DNA of 64,000 nt, from assembly GCA_965261005.1 (NCBI GenBank), contig OZ253375.1, positions 1,312,001 through 1,376,000 on the forward strand. The letters are read 5' to 3'. This DNA is from Deinococcus sp. (GTDB lineage Bacteria > Deinococcota > Deinococci > Deinococcales > Deinococcaceae). This document shows, piece by piece, positions 53,170-63,783 of this stretch (positions are counted from its first letter, which is position 1; the number at the start of each line of letters is the position of its first letter). The notes below the pieces were generated by a model that was given only the letters and a program-made list of their open reading frames with translations, had not been told where the DNA came from and did not search any database. Position numbers and translations under genes: made by a program.

Positions 53170-54270
53170 ATGCTGATTCCAGGGGGCGTCCGCGACGTGC
53201 TGCCGCAGGAATGGGCTTGGCGTCAACAGCTGCTGGGCGAGTTGCAAGGGTACTTCGCGGCCTGGGGCTACCAGGGGGTGAGCGTGCCCGCGCTGGAGTT
53301 CGCCTCGGGGGCGCACCCGCGCGACGAGCGCGCCTTTAAGCTGATCGACAAGGACGGCGCCGTGCTGGCGCTGCGCAGCGAGTTCACCAGCGCCATCGGC
53401 CGCTTGGTGCGGACGCGCTTTGCCGGCGCGCCGTACCCGCTGCGGCTGCAATACGGCGGTGAATTGTGGCTGCGCGGCCAAACCAGCGAGCCGGGACGGC
53501 TGCGCGAATTCAGCCAGGTCGGCGTGGAGCTGATCGGCGTCACGGGGGCGCGCGCCGACGCCGAGCTGCTCGCCCTGGCGCGCGGGGCGCTGGCGCGGGT
53601 GGGCCTCGCCGTTCAGCTGGAAGTGGGCCACCCCGGCTTCGTGGACGCAGTGCTGGAGGACGGCGGCCTGCGGGGCGAGGTGCGCGCGGGCTTACACGCC
53701 GCCATCGACCGCAAGGCCGTCGCCGAGTTGCGCGAGCTGCTCGCGGGCCACAACCTGCGGCCGGGCGTGCTGCATACCCTGGAGCGCTTGCCCGAGCTGT
53801 ACGGCGGCCCCGAGGTGCTGGAGGAGGCGCGCGGCTTGCCGCTGGGGCCGGCGGCGGGGGCGGCCCTGGCGCGGCTAGAGGCGCTGGCCGCCCAAGGTGA
53901 GGGGCCGCTGCTGTTCGACCTCGGCATGTCGCGGCGCTACGACTACTACACCGGCTTCACCTTCCGGGCCTACGCGGACGGCTTTGCGCAGCCGATCCTG
54001 AGCGGCGGGCGCTACGACGCCGGCATTCCCGGCGCGGGCTTCGCGCTGGGCCTGGAGCGGCTGACCCGCGCGCTGGGGGAGGCGCCCCTGATGCCGGAAG
54101 CGGTGCTGGCTTGGTCCCTCCCCGACGCGGCCTGGGCGCGCGAGCAGGGCTTGGTCGCCGAGCTGGCCTGGACCGAGGACTGGGCCGAGCTGACCCGCTA
54201 CGCGCGCGCGCGCGGCATCGCGCGCCTCGCGCGCGCTGGGCGCTTCGAGGAAATTGGGGTGAGCGCTTGA
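53170..54270 (+). CDS. hisZ: ATP phosphoribosyltransferase regulatory subunit
   Basis: [42 protein letters not shown]; start approximate. Confidence 0.93.
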   Translation: MLIPGGVRDVLPQEWAWRQQLLGELQGYFAAWGYQGVSVPALEFASGAHPRDERAFKLIDKDGAVLALRSEFTSAIGRLVRTRFAGAPYPLRLQYGGELWLRGQTSEPGRLREFSQVGVELIGVTGARADAELLALARGALARVGLAVQLEVGHPGFVDAVLEDGGLRGEVRAGLHAAIDRKAVAELRELLAGHNLRPGVLHTLERLPELYGGPEVLEEARGLPLGPAAGAALARLEALAAQGEGPLLFDLGMSRRYDYYTGFTFRAYADGFAQPILSGGRYDAGIPGAGFALGLERLTRALGEAPLMPEAVLAWSLPDAAWAREQGLVAELAWTEDWAELTRYARARGIARLARAGRFEEIGVSA

Positions 54271-54941
54271 GCGACCCGTTCCCAAGAGAGCCAGCACCGA
54301 CGGAACCAACACCGACGGAGCTGACCCTGGCGCTGCCCAAGGGGCGCCTGTTTGCCGAGAGCGTGGACCTGCTGCGCCGCGCCGGCTTGGAAGTGGAGGC
54401 GCCGGCGCACAGCCGCGCCCTGCGCCACAGCTTCGCCGGGCCGCGCGGCGGCGTGACCTTATTAGAACTGCGCAACACCGACGTGCCGATCTACGTGGAC
54501 CTCGGCGTGGCCGACCTCGGCGTGGTGGGCAAGGACGTGCTGCTGGAGGCCGGGCGCGACGTGTACGAACCGCTCGACCTGGGCCTGGGGCGCTGCCGGC
54601 TGTCCTTGATCCGCGAGGTGGGCGCCTCGGGGCCGGTGCTGCGGGTGGCCTCCAAGTACCCACGCTTGGCCGCGCGCTACCTGCGCGAGCGGGGCCTGGC
54701 CGCCGAGGTGGTCAGGCTCAGCGGCAACATCGAGCTGGCCGCCCTGACCGGCCTGGCCGACGCGGTGGTGGACATCGTCCAGAGCGGCGAGACGCTGCGC
54801 GCCAACCACTTGGAGGAGCTGGACGTGATGCTGCACTCCAGCGCCCGCCTGATCGTGAACCGCGCCGCCCTCAAGCTCAAGCGCGCCCGGCTGCGCCCGC
54901 TGATCGAGCGGCTGCGGGAAGTGCTGGAGGTGCAGACCTGA
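54267..54941 (+). CDS. hisG: ATP phosphoribosyltransferase, short form
   Basis: [42 protein letters not shown] overlaps the hisZ TGA. Confidence 0.95.
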   Translation: MSDPFPREPAPTEPTPTELTLALPKGRLFAESVDLLRRAGLEVEAPAHSRALRHSFAGPRGGVTLLELRNTDVPIYVDLGVADLGVVGKDVLLEAGRDVYEPLDLGLGRCRLSLIREVGASGPVLRVASKYPRLAARYLRERGLAAEVVRLSGNIELAALTGLADAVVDIVQSGETLRANHLEELDVMLHSSARLIVNRAALKLKRARLRPLIERLREVLEVQT

Positions 54942-54955
54942 ATTGGCAAGCATAC

Positions 54956-55921
54956 TTGGGCCGCCTCAGTCCGGACAGCGTGCGCGCGGCGGCCCGGCGC
55001 TGGGGCGAGGACGACGTACAGCTCATCAACGCCGGCTATAACCACGTCTACCGCGCGGGCGAAGTGTACCTGCGCTTCACGCACGAGGCTCTGCGCGACG
55101 CCGACTATCTAGCGCCGCCGCTCGATTTTCTGAGGCACCTGCACGCGGTGGGGGCGCCGGTGTGCGAACCGCTGCCCTCGCAACGTGGCCGCTGGACCGA
55201 GCGCGTCGAGCAAGCAGGGGACACCTTTCTGGTCACGGCCGTGCGCCGTGTGCCGGGAGAACGCCTCAGCACGCTGCCGGCGACGCCGGGGCTGTACCGG
55301 GCGTTCGGCCGTTCCGTCGGAGAACTGCACACGGCGGCAAGTCTGTACCGGCCCCCAATCTTGCCGCACATGATCGAACCGGGCCTGGGCGGCGTGTTCC
55401 CGACTTGGCGCTTGTTCTGGAACAGGGCCGAGCAGCAGGCCAAGCGAGATGACGTGATCGGAAACGCCTTCGCGCGGCTGACGCCCTGGGTGAACGCGGT
55501 GGGCGGCTTGCCGCAAGGCTGGCCGGACGGCGAAACGTATGAGCGCTCCGGCCTGACGCACGGCGACTTGCGGCCGGGCAACGCCATCTGGGACGGGCGG
55601 CGGGTGGTCATCATCGACTTCGACGAGCCGGTGCACGGCCCCTGGGCGCTGGACCTCGCCCGGGGCGTGTTGGAGCTAAGCCCCGTGCTGCGCGCCGCAT
55701 TACAGCCGCACTTCCTCGACGGCTACCGTGAGGTCCGGCTGGCCGACCCCGGCCAGCTCGCCGACTTCCCGCGCTTCCTGGCCGCCCGCGCCGCCCTGAT
55801 GGCCGCTTGGAGCTTGGAAGACGCCTCAGAAGGGCCGTTTCTCTCTGGGTCGGGCACGGGGGCGGTCGTGTCCCTGGGGCGGCTGCGGAAGCGTTTGGCG
55901 GCGGGCGAGTTCGGAAGTTGA
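54956..55921 (+). CDS. Aminoglycoside phosphotransferase / type II homoserine kinase-like protein
   Basis: HGDLRPGN and IIDFDE kinase motifs. Confidence 0.85.
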   Translation: MGRLSPDSVRAAARRWGEDDVQLINAGYNHVYRAGEVYLRFTHEALRDADYLAPPLDFLRHLHAVGAPVCEPLPSQRGRWTERVEQAGDTFLVTAVRRVPGERLSTLPATPGLYRAFGRSVGELHTAASLYRPPILPHMIEPGLGGVFPTWRLFWNRAEQQAKRDDVIGNAFARLTPWVNAVGGLPQGWPDGETYERSGLTHGDLRPGNAIWDGRRVVIIDFDEPVHGPWALDLARGVLELSPVLRAALQPHFLDGYREVRLADPGQLADFPRFLAARAALMAAWSLEDASEGPFLSGSGTGAVVSLGRLRKRLAAGEFGS

Positions 55922-55932
55922 CAGACAAAAGC

Positions 55933-56208
55933 TCAGTAGGTGGTGCCGCTGCGGCGCTCGACGTTGGTGACGTTGACATCTCTTCCGTTGACCTCGAAGA
56001 AAACTCGATACTCTCCAACCCGCAGCCTGTACTCGTTTCGGCGACCCTTGAGCTTGAGAATGTCGCCATTCCCGGTGAGGCACATCTGCTCAAGCGCGGT
56101 GAACAAGCGCCCAGCGTCTTTGTCGGATAGCTTATCAAGCTGCTTTGAGACCAGTTTGGGCAGCTGAAGCGTGTAGGGCGCTCCAGCCGGTGTGACCGGA
56201 GGGTTCAT
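55933..56208 (-). CDS. RelE/ParE family toxin
   Basis: KQLDKL...DILKLKG...YRLRVGEYRVFF...R...Y. Confidence 0.9.
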   Translation of the reverse strand: MNPPVTPAGAPYTLQLPKLVSKQLDKLSDKDAGRLFTALEQMCLTGNGDILKLKGRRNEYRLRVGEYRVFFEVNGRDVNVTNVERRSGTTY

Positions 56209-56492
56209 TCGGATTGATTGTTCTTGCTTCGGCGCACTTTGTATTCGGCCAAGGTTTCGACCTCACCCTGTACAATTTCCGCCTTGGCCCGCTCGATATT
56301 GCGCCGCGTTTCCTCGCTCAGCGGCTCGTCGTCCACGGGCGCGTTTTCCAGCAGGCGCTGAAGCCACAGTTTGTCCGCCTGGTCCACGCGCGGCAGCAGC
56401 TCGTCGAGGGCGGCCACGCGGCTGAGCTTGCGCGCACGGCGGTACGCCTCCAAACGTCCCCACAGGTCCTCGGGCAGTTCCAGCGTCTTCAT
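56205..56492 (-). CDS. Antitoxin (ribbon-helix-helix-like)
   Basis: MKTLELPEDL..RLE; APVDDEPLS; ATGA overlap with the toxin. Confidence 0.8.
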   Translation of the reverse strand: MKTLELPEDLWGRLEAYRRARKLSRVAALDELLPRVDQADKLWLQRLLENAPVDDEPLSEETRRNIERAKAEIVQGEVETLAEYKVRRSKNNQSE

Positions 56493-56533
56493 GGGGACAG
56501 TCTAGCCCAGCGTGAATCAGCGAGAAGAAGCCC

Positions 56534-58033
56534 TCAGCGCCCGTGTTCGCGGGTCAGCTCTTCCAAGCGGCGCGCCAGCTGCGGGTCGAAGTCCCCCGTC
56601 ACGGCGCGCCAACTCCAGTTCTCTTCGCTCAAGCTGCCGGGCAGGTTCATGCGCCCCTCGCTGCCGAGGTTGAGCAGGTCTTGCAACGGCGCCACCGCCA
56701 GGGCGGCGCGCGAGGCCCAGGCCAGTTCGAGCAGCTGCCACGCGGCCGTCTCCCCCGTGATGTCCGGCAGGTAGGTCTTGACGTGCGCGCACACGTCCCC
56801 CGGCGCCTTTTGCCACCAGCCGCGGGTGGTGTCGTTGTCGTGAGTGCCGGTGTAGATCACCTGGTTCACGCGCAGGTTCTGCGGCAAAAAGGGGTTCTCG
56901 TCGCCGTCGTCGCTGGCAAAGGCGAACTGCAAGACGGCCATGCCGGGAAAGCCGAAATCGTCGCGCAGCGTCTCCACGTCGGGGGTGATCACGCCGAGGT
57001 CCTCGGCGATGATGGGCAGCTCCCCCAGGGCGCGCCGCACCGCCCCGAACAGCGCGTGGCCCGGCGCCGGCACCCAGCGGCCCCGCATGGCGTCCTTCGC
57101 CGGGTACGGCACTTCCCAGTAGGCCGCGAAGCCGCGAAAGTGGTCGATGCGGATCACGTCGTAGAGCTTGAGGCTGCCCCGAAAGCGGCGAATCCACCAA
57201 GCGAAGCCGTCGGCGCGCATGGCGTCCCAGTCGTACAGCGGATTGCCCCACAGCTGACCGGTCGCCGAGAAGTAGTCGGGCGGCACGCCCGCGACGGCGA
57301 GGGGCTGGCCCTGGGCGTCAAATAAAAACTGCTCCGGCTCGGCCCAAGCGTCGGCGGAGTCCAGCGCCACGAAGATGGGAATGTCGCCGATGACCTTGAC
57401 GCCCCGCTCTGAGGCGTAGCTTCTCAGGGCGCGCCACTGCCGGAAAAACAAAAACTGCACGAACTCGTTCAGGCGGATTTCGCGCGCCAAGAGGTCACGC
57501 CAGCGCGTCATGGCCGCCGCCTCGCGGGCGCGGATGTCGGGTTCCCAGGCATTCCAAGGCTGGCCGTCGTGCGCGCCCTTGAGGGCCATGAAGAGGGCGT
57601 AGTCGGCCAGCCAAGCGGCCTCCTCTTGCCGGAACGACTCGAATTCTTCTTTCAGGTCGGCGAAGTCCCCCGCCTCGAAGCGGTCGAAGGCGGCCCGCAG
57701 CACGGCGTTCCGCCAAGTGTACTGGAGGCCGAAGTCCACCCGGCGCGGCTCGAAGGCGGGGAGCTTGGCGAGGTCGTCCTCCAGAAGCAAGCCCTCCTCA
57801 CGCAAAGCGTCCAGCGAGATCAGATACGGGTTCCCAGCAAAGGCGCTGAAGGACTGGTAGGGGCTGTCGCCGTAGCCGGTGACGCCCAGAGGCATCACCT
57901 GCCAATAGCTTTGTCCGGCCGCCGCCAGCCAATCCACAAAGGCGCGGGCGTGTTCGCCGAGTTCCCCGACGCCGTAGGGGCCGGGCAGGGAGGTGGGGTG
58001 CAGCAGCACGCCGCCGGAGCGTTCAAAGGCCAT
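56534..58033 (-). CDS. malQ: 4-alpha-glucanotransferase
   Basis: LLHPTSLP, WQVMPL, GVPPDYFS.TGQLWGNP, RIDHFRG, IAEDLG, TGTHDNDT. Confidence 0.97.
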   Translation of the reverse strand: MAFERSGGVLLHPTSLPGPYGVGELGEHARAFVDWLAAAGQSYWQVMPLGVTGYGDSPYQSFSAFAGNPYLISLDALREEGLLLEDDLAKLPAFEPRRVDFGLQYTWRNAVLRAAFDRFEAGDFADLKEEFESFRQEEAAWLADYALFMALKGAHDGQPWNAWEPDIRAREAAAMTRWRDLLAREIRLNEFVQFLFFRQWRALRSYASERGVKVIGDIPIFVALDSADAWAEPEQFLFDAQGQPLAVAGVPPDYFSATGQLWGNPLYDWDAMRADGFAWWIRRFRGSLKLYDVIRIDHFRGFAAYWEVPYPAKDAMRGRWVPAPGHALFGAVRRALGELPIIAEDLGVITPDVETLRDDFGFPGMAVLQFAFASDDGDENPFLPQNLRVNQVIYTGTHDNDTTRGWWQKAPGDVCAHVKTYLPDITGETAAWQLLELAWASRAALAVAPLQDLLNLGSEGRMNLPGSLSEENWSWRAVTGDFDPQLARRLEELTREHGR

Positions 58034-58061
58034 AACGGGCGCAGTGTAGCAGGGCGGGCGC

Positions 58062-58952
58062 TCAGTAGCCCTTGTCGGTTTCCACCTTGTTGTCGAGGAA
58101 CTGGCCCGCCAGCAGCTTGTCCAGAAAGTCCTTGGTGAAGTCGGCCGCGCGGGAGAGCACGTCCCCCGTCGCCGAGGCGACGTGCGGCGTGATGACGACG
58201 TTGGGCAGCTTCCACAGCGGTGAATCGGCCGGCAAAGGTTCGGGGTCGGTCACGTCCAGGATGGCGCCGCCGAGCTGGCCGGCTTCGAGGGCCGCCACCA
58301 AGTCGGCGGTCACGACCAGCTCGCCGCGCCCGAAGTTGGCGAGCCAGGCGCCCTTTTTGAACTTCACCAGCATTGCAGTGTTCACGATGCCGGCCGTTTC
58401 CGGCGTGGCCGGCAACAGCAGCACCACGGCGTCGGCCCCGGCCAGCAGGGCGTCACGCTCCGCTGGCGGCGTCTGCGAGCGAACGCCGCTCACCCGCGCG
58501 CTCAGCGGCGCCAACATCCCCTCCAGCAGGCGCCCGATGTGCCCGAAGCCCCAGATGACGACGTGCCTATCCCGCCAGGTGAAGAGGTCACGCGGCCGGC
58601 CCCACTCCCCGCGCGCTTGAGCGTCACGCGCGAGGTGCAATCCCCGCGACACCGCCAGTAAGCCGGCCAGGGCGTGCTGGGCCACCGCGTCGTCGTGCAG
58701 CGCGGAGGCGTTGTAAAGGTCCACGCCAGGCGGCAAGTCAGGCAGCACGTGGTCCACGCCGGCCGTCAGGGTCAGCGCCCACTTGAGGCCCGGCACGGCG
58801 AACAGCTCGCGGCGGCGCTCCGCCGGGACGCCCCACAAGACCACGCCCCCCGCTTGTGCGGGCAGCGGCCCTTGTCTCGCGTAAGGGACGAAGGTGACGC
58901 CCGGCTCGCTCAGCCTTTCAAACGGTTCAGCTTTCGGGATCAGGATGTTCAC
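58062..58952 (-). CDS. D-2-hydroxyacid dehydrogenase family protein
   Basis: GFGHIG, NFGRG, LDVTDPEPLP, ITPHVA. Confidence 0.92.
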   Translation of the reverse strand: MNILIPKAEPFERLSEPGVTFVPYARQGPLPAQAGGVVLWGVPAERRRELFAVPGLKWALTLTAGVDHVLPDLPPGVDLYNASALHDDAVAQHALAGLLAVSRGLHLARDAQARGEWGRPRDLFTWRDRHVVIWGFGHIGRLLEGMLAPLSARVSGVRSQTPPAERDALLAGADAVVLLLPATPETAGIVNTAMLVKFKKGAWLANFGRGELVVTADLVAALEAGQLGGAILDVTDPEPLPADSPLWKLPNVVITPHVASATGDVLSRAADFTKDFLDKLLAGQFLDNKVETDKGY

Positions 58953-59490
58953 TCAGCCACTCCTCTCTCACGGCGCGCATCAGCACGTCCACGCGGTCGC
59001 GCTTTTCCTCGCGGCCCACCTCGACAAAGCCCGCCGCCGCGAACGAACGCTGGGCGCGCTTGTTGTGCGAAAAGGTCCGCAGGCGCACGGACAGCAGCGG
59101 CGGCGACCTCAGGCGAAAGGCCCACTGAAGCGTCGCCCGCACCGCCTCGCGGCCGTAGCCGTGACCCCACAGCTCGCGCTCGCCGATCATGACGCCGAGG
59201 GTCGCTTCGCGCGGCTGGGCCGGCGCCGGCGGGCGCAGCTCGTATAGCTCCACGCTGCCGATAAAGCGTTCATTCTCGTCGAAGACGGCGAAGCCGAATC
59301 GCTCGCCGGCCCGCTCCTCGTCCAGCATCATGCGCTGAAACAGCCACTCGGGCAGCCGGATGGGCCGCGCCCCGTTCCAATCGGCCAGCTCACGGTCCTT
59401 GAAATAGTGGTAGAAGCGCCGCCACTGGGCCGGCGTCAGGTCGGTCAGTGGGCGCAACGCGACCCGCCCCCAGCGCGACAAGGCGCTCAA
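58927..59490 (-). CDS. GNAT acetyltransferase (RimJ/RimL-like)
   Basis: IGERELWGHGYG, N.RA..F...GF. Confidence 0.88.
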   Translation of the reverse strand: MSALSRWGRVALRPLTDLTPAQWRRFYHYFKDRELADWNGARPIRLPEWLFQRMMLDEERAGERFGFAVFDENERFIGSVELYELRPPAPAQPREATLGVMIGERELWGHGYGREAVRATLQWAFRLRSPPLLSVRLRTFSHNKRAQRSFAAAGFVEVGREEKRDRVDVLMRAVREEWLSEHPDPES

Positions 59491-59537
59491 GCAAGGCTCC
59501 TGGCGGGCACGCTGGGATTCATCTTATCAGCCACACC

Positions 59538-61091
59538 TTACGTTCCCCCCGGCAGCGCCGGATCCACGAACACGGTCTTCTGCTGGGTGTAGAGCGCCTG
59601 GCCGGCCGGGGCGCCGCGCGGCTTCCAGACGTTCTTGACCTGGGTGTAGTCCACCGCGACGTTGCCGCCCCCGCGCGCCTTGGAATACTGCGCGGCCAAG
59701 GCGGCGGCCATCAGAATGTCGGGCAGCGGCAAATCGCGCCCCCCCGAGCGCACCAGCACATGGGAGCCGGGGTAGCCCTGCGCGTGAAACCAGTAATCGG
59801 TGCTGCGCGCGATTCGGCGGGTTATCAGGTCGTTTTCCTTGTTGTTGCGCCCCACCAGCACGTCGAGGCCGGAAGGACTCTTGAAGCGCAGACCGGCGGC
59901 GGGCTTGGCGCCGGCGGGCGAAATCAACTCGGCCTCCAGGCGGGTCAAGGTGGGCAAATCGGCGCCTTCGAGGTCGTCCAGCTGCCGCCGCGCCTCCTCC
60001 AGCTCGGCGCGCAGGGCGGGTTCGCGCTCCAGCAGGCGGGCATGGACTTCGAGGCGCCGCTTGGCGCGGGTGTAGAGCTTTTCAGCGTTCTGCACCGCGC
60101 TCAGCTGGGGTTCCAGTGGGATGACCTCGCTGCCCTGCCCGTCGAAGCGGGGCAGCTCGGCGCTGGCCGCGCCGGGGAACACCTGCCACTGGTAAGCCAG
60201 CAGCAAATCGGCCCATGCCCGCTCGCGCTCCGCCTCCAGGGCGCCGCGCCCCGCACGCTCCACGTCGCCGAGCTGGTTGCGGACCAGCGCCAGGCGTTTT
60301 TGCAGCGGCTCGCGCAGGCTCTTGCGCAGCGCCTCCGCCTTTTGCTCGCGCGCCCCTTCGCGCACATTCCCGGCGGCGGTTCCTTCCGCCACGCTGGGGT
60401 CCTCCACCAGCGAGCGCAGGGCCGCGAGTACTTGCGGCCAGCGCTCGCCGGGCGCCTCGGTGGGGTCCAAATTCGCGCGGCGCGCGAGTTCCGCCGACAG
60501 CGTCAGGCCCAGGCCGTCCACCTTGTCCTTCCAGCGAGAGAGCGGCAGACCATCCAGCGCGCGGGCGTCCCCCTCGGTCATGGCGCGCGGGTCGAGCTTG
60601 TCGTAGGGGGGCGGCGGGGTGTAGCGCCCGCCGGTGCGCACGACCCGGAAGCGGTTGCGCGTTCCCGTCACCTCGCGGGCGGCGGCCAGGATGCGGCCTT
60701 CCCAGCCCTCGCCATCTTCGAGCAGCAGCACATTGGCGTTGCGTCCGGTCAGCTCGAACAGCAGCCGCGCCGGGGGCACGTCCACGAAGCCGCCCTCGCC
60801 GCCGAAGTGCAGCTGCGCCACCCGGTCGAGCTTGAGCTGCTGGGCGCGCAGCAGTTCGCCCTTCACCCGCGCCGCCAGGGTGCGCTGAAAGGGGCTGCCC
60901 GGCTCGCCGGACAGCTTTTCGCGCGTGAGGTACAGCGCCGGACCCGGCGGGCGGTAGCTGAACACCAGGTTTCCCACGCCCTCCAGCAGCACGGCGGCGG
61001 TCGTCTCGTCAGGAAACACCCAGCCGGACGTGCGCGCGGGCAGCTGGGGCGCGAGACTTCTCAGGGTATGGGCGAGCAGCAGACCTTCCAC
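59538..61091 (-). CDS. rqcH: Rqc2/NFACT (FbpA) ribosome quality control protein
   Basis: DRV...[45 protein letters not shown]. Confidence 0.92.
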   Translation of the reverse strand: MEGLLLAHTLRSLAPQLPARTSGWVFPDETTAAVLLEGVGNLVFSYRPPGPALYLTREKLSGEPGSPFQRTLAARVKGELLRAQQLKLDRVAQLHFGGEGGFVDVPPARLLFELTGRNANVLLLEDGEGWEGRILAAAREVTGTRNRFRVVRTGGRYTPPPPYDKLDPRAMTEGDARALDGLPLSRWKDKVDGLGLTLSAELARRANLDPTEAPGERWPQVLAALRSLVEDPSVAEGTAAGNVREGAREQKAEALRKSLREPLQKRLALVRNQLGDVERAGRGALEAERERAWADLLLAYQWQVFPGAASAELPRFDGQGSEVIPLEPQLSAVQNAEKLYTRAKRRLEVHARLLEREPALRAELEEARRQLDDLEGADLPTLTRLEAELISPAGAKPAAGLRFKSPSGLDVLVGRNNKENDLITRRIARSTDYWFHAQGYPGSHVLVRSGGRDLPLPDILMAAALAAQYSKARGGGNVAVDYTQVKNVWKPRGAPAGQALYTQQKTVFVDPALPGGT

Positions 61092-61224
61092 GGGGGCATT
61101 CTAGTGGCACGGCGTACAGTGAGGCCGTGACCGAATACCTCACCTCCCCCCCGCTCACCCAAAGCGAGCTGTCCGATCTGTGGCGCGACGGGCCGCGCGC
61201 CTTTGCGCCGACAGGAGAGCGAAC

Positions 61225-62217
61225 ATGAGCGGGCACCATCACCTCGGGCACAACACCGTTCACACTTTCTGGGACCGCGCTTTGCCGCCCCAGCTGCGCG
61301 TCTCCCCCGGCGACCGCGTGACCTTCTCCACCCTGGACGCCTCCTTCGGCGGGGCCGCGCGCCGGGTCAAGAATGGTGAGGCGGCTGAACTGGACGCCGA
61401 GTTGGCCCAGGTCATTTCCGAGAGCGCTTATCCAGAGCGGCCCGCCAACGGTCCGCGCGGCCATCCCCTGACCGGCCCGGTGTACATAGAGGGGGCCGAG
61501 CCGGGCGACGTGCTGGTCATCGAGGTGCTGGACATTCAGACGGCCCCGTGGGGCTGGACCGCTTGCCGCCCGAACGGCATCGGCCTGCTGGACGCCGAGC
61601 TGACGGAAAGCGGCGCTCTATCGGAGCCGACCTGGCACTACTGGGATTTGCGCGAGAAGGACTTCGCCCCCTTTCGTCACGCGCGGGTTCCGCTGGCCCC
61701 CTTTTGCGGCGTGATGGGCCTGGCGCCTGCCGAGCCGGGGCCGCACCCCACCGCCCCGCCCCGACAGGTCGGCGGCAACATGGACGTGAGGCAATTGGTG
61801 GCCGGCAGCACGCTGTACTTGCCCGCCCAGGTACCGGGGGCGCTGTTTTCAGTCGGGGACGTGCACGCGGCGCAGGGGGACGGCGAGCTGTGCGGCACCG
61901 GCATCGAGACGGAGGCGACGGTGACGCTGCGCTTCGACGTGAAACGCGGCGCCCCCATCGCCAGCCCGCAGCTGAGCACGCCGGCCACCCCTGCGGGCGG
62001 CGCGCAGTTCGCCACCACCGGCCATCACCCCGACTTGATGGAAGCGGCCCGCAGCGCCACCCGCGAGATGCTGAACTACCTGCACCGCGAACACGGCCTG
62101 AGCTTGCTGGGCGCCTACCTGCTGTCGAGCGCCTGCGTGGACCTCAAGATCAGCCAGATCGTGGACGCGCCCAACTGGACGGTCAGCGCTTTTGTGCCGC
62201 TGGGCATCTTCGAGTAA
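61225..62217 (+). CDS. Acetamidase/formamidase family protein
   Basis: HPLTGPVYIEGAEPGD, GGNMD, GDVHAAQGDGE. Confidence 0.93.
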   Translation: MSGHHHLGHNTVHTFWDRALPPQLRVSPGDRVTFSTLDASFGGAARRVKNGEAAELDAELAQVISESAYPERPANGPRGHPLTGPVYIEGAEPGDVLVIEVLDIQTAPWGWTACRPNGIGLLDAELTESGALSEPTWHYWDLREKDFAPFRHARVPLAPFCGVMGLAPAEPGPHPTAPPRQVGGNMDVRQLVAGSTLYLPAQVPGALFSVGDVHAAQGDGELCGTGIETEATVTLRFDVKRGAPIASPQLSTPATPAGGAQFATTGHHPDLMEAARSATREMLNYLHREHGLSLLGAYLLSSACVDLKISQIVDAPNWTVSAFVPLGIFE

Positions 62218-62221
62218 AACA

Positions 62222-62280
62222 CCCCTCTCCCCTTGCGGGAGAGCGCGAAGCACCCGGAACGGAGGGGCCGGGGGTAGGGG
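62222..62280. repeat. REP-like palindromic element between convergent genes
   Basis: CCCCTCTCCC-cttgc-GGGAGAG...GGGGCCGGGGGTAGGGG. Confidence 0.5.
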
Positions 62281-63612
62281 TCACTTCTGGTACAGCCGGT
62301 ACACCGTCCCACTGCCGTCGTCCGAGATCAGCAGGCTGCCGTCTGACATGGGCAGGGTGTCCACCGGGCGGCCCCACTGCTGCTTGGTGGCGGGGTCAGT
62401 CACCCAGCCGCTCACGAGGTCGGCCTCGTCGCCCAGCGTGCCGTTCGCCAGAAGCGGAAAAAAGACGACCTTGTAGCCGAAGGCTTTTGAGCAGTTCCAG
62501 CAGCCGTGCAGGCCCGTGGTCATGACGTTCTTGTAGGCGCCGGGGCCGCCCGTCCAAAAGGCCACGCCGAGGGGCGCCGAGTGGGCGTGAATGCCCTTGT
62601 CCACTCGGGTCGCCTTGGCCGTGCAGTCGAAGGTCTGCCCGTCCGGGTTGTTCTGCGCGTCGTGGTTGAAGGGCATGTCACTGAGGCCCGTCGCCGAATC
62701 GGGGTCGGGGTTGCAGTAGGGCCAGCCGTAGTTGGCGCCCTGCTTGACCTGAATGACCTCCTCGGGCGGATGGTCGTTCACGTAAGCCTGGATGACCTGG
62801 CCGTAGTCGTCCTTGCCGTCGTCGGTCAGGTCCTTGTGGAAGGGGTAGGCGATGTTGTCGCGGTTGTTGACCACCACCCAGAGCTTGTCGCTTCCGGGGG
62901 CAAAGGTCAGCCCCTCGGCATTGCGGATGCCCTGCGCGAACAGCGTGCCGGACGTTGCCGGCTGGTTCGTCTTGTTGGCGCTGTACACGTAGATGGCCGC
63001 GCGCTTGGGGTTCATCTGGAGGTCTTTCGGGTCCGCGTTCGAGGACGAGCCGATGGACACGTACAGCTGGTCGCCGTTCAAGGCGATGTTCTTGAGGGGA
63101 TGGTTGCCGCCCCCCGGCAGGCCGGTCACGACCACCTCGCGCCCCTGGCCCCCGGTGTCGCCCTTCGTGTAGAGGTAGCGGCCCACCTTGTCCTGCTCGG
63201 AGACGTACAGGTAGGTCTTGCCGCTCACCTCGTGAAAGACCAGGTCGTGCGGGCGGTTGAGGCCGCTGGCGAAGGTGAAGCTTTGCGGCGCCTGCCCCTC
63301 GCGCGGGCGCAGCAGCGTCACCTTGCCGTCGCCCGGCTGGGACACCAGCACGTCCCCGTTGGGGGCCACGGCCATAAAGCGCGCCCCGTCCACGCGGGCG
63401 AACACCGAGATGGCGAAGCCGGACGGCACCGTCAGCTTGCGGGCTTGGTCGAAGGGGGCGGCGTTCATGCCGTCCGGCACCTTCACGGTGACGGATTGGG
63501 AAGCGCCCGGAGCGCTTTGGGCGGCCTGACTCTGCGCCGCCTGACCGCAGGCGGCGAGGCCGAGAGCGGCCGTCAGCGCGACCGCGTGGGCGAGGGATTT
63601 TTTGGAGAGCAT
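62281..63612 (-). CDS. PQQ-dependent sugar (sorbosone-type) dehydrogenase lipoprotein
   Basis: Lipobox LAAC; GIRNA.G, NYGWPYC, AHSAPLG, GRPVD, LLISDD. Confidence 0.9.
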   Translation of the reverse strand: MLSKKSLAHAVALTAALGLAACGQAAQSQAAQSAPGASQSVTVKVPDGMNAAPFDQARKLTVPSGFAISVFARVDGARFMAVAPNGDVLVSQPGDGKVTLLRPREGQAPQSFTFASGLNRPHDLVFHEVSGKTYLYVSEQDKVGRYLYTKGDTGGQGREVVVTGLPGGGNHPLKNIALNGDQLYVSIGSSSNADPKDLQMNPKRAAIYVYSANKTNQPATSGTLFAQGIRNAEGLTFAPGSDKLWVVVNNRDNIAYPFHKDLTDDGKDDYGQVIQAYVNDHPPEEVIQVKQGANYGWPYCNPDPDSATGLSDMPFNHDAQNNPDGQTFDCTAKATRVDKGIHAHSAPLGVAFWTGGPGAYKNVMTTGLHGCWNCSKAFGYKVVFFPLLANGTLGDEADLVSGWVTDPATKQQWGRPVDTLPMSDGSLLISDDGSGTVYRLYQK

Positions 63613-63783
63613 GGCTTTAGGATGGACCAAACGTATGAAAATTTGACAGAGGAATCCTCAGCGCACGAAGCGACACTCCGACCTCCATTCCCGTTCCAGG
63701 ATGCCGCTCAGCTCAAAATGTGAGGTATTGGGGCAATCAGCAATACCAAACATTTGAGAAGCGCGCCTCAAAATGGCACCCTT

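Noticed and set aside
54291..54322. 15-bp tandem repeat (CACCGACGGA core) at the hisG 5' end
   Set aside because: Two units only, in frame, in a variable N-terminal extension; no sign of phase variation
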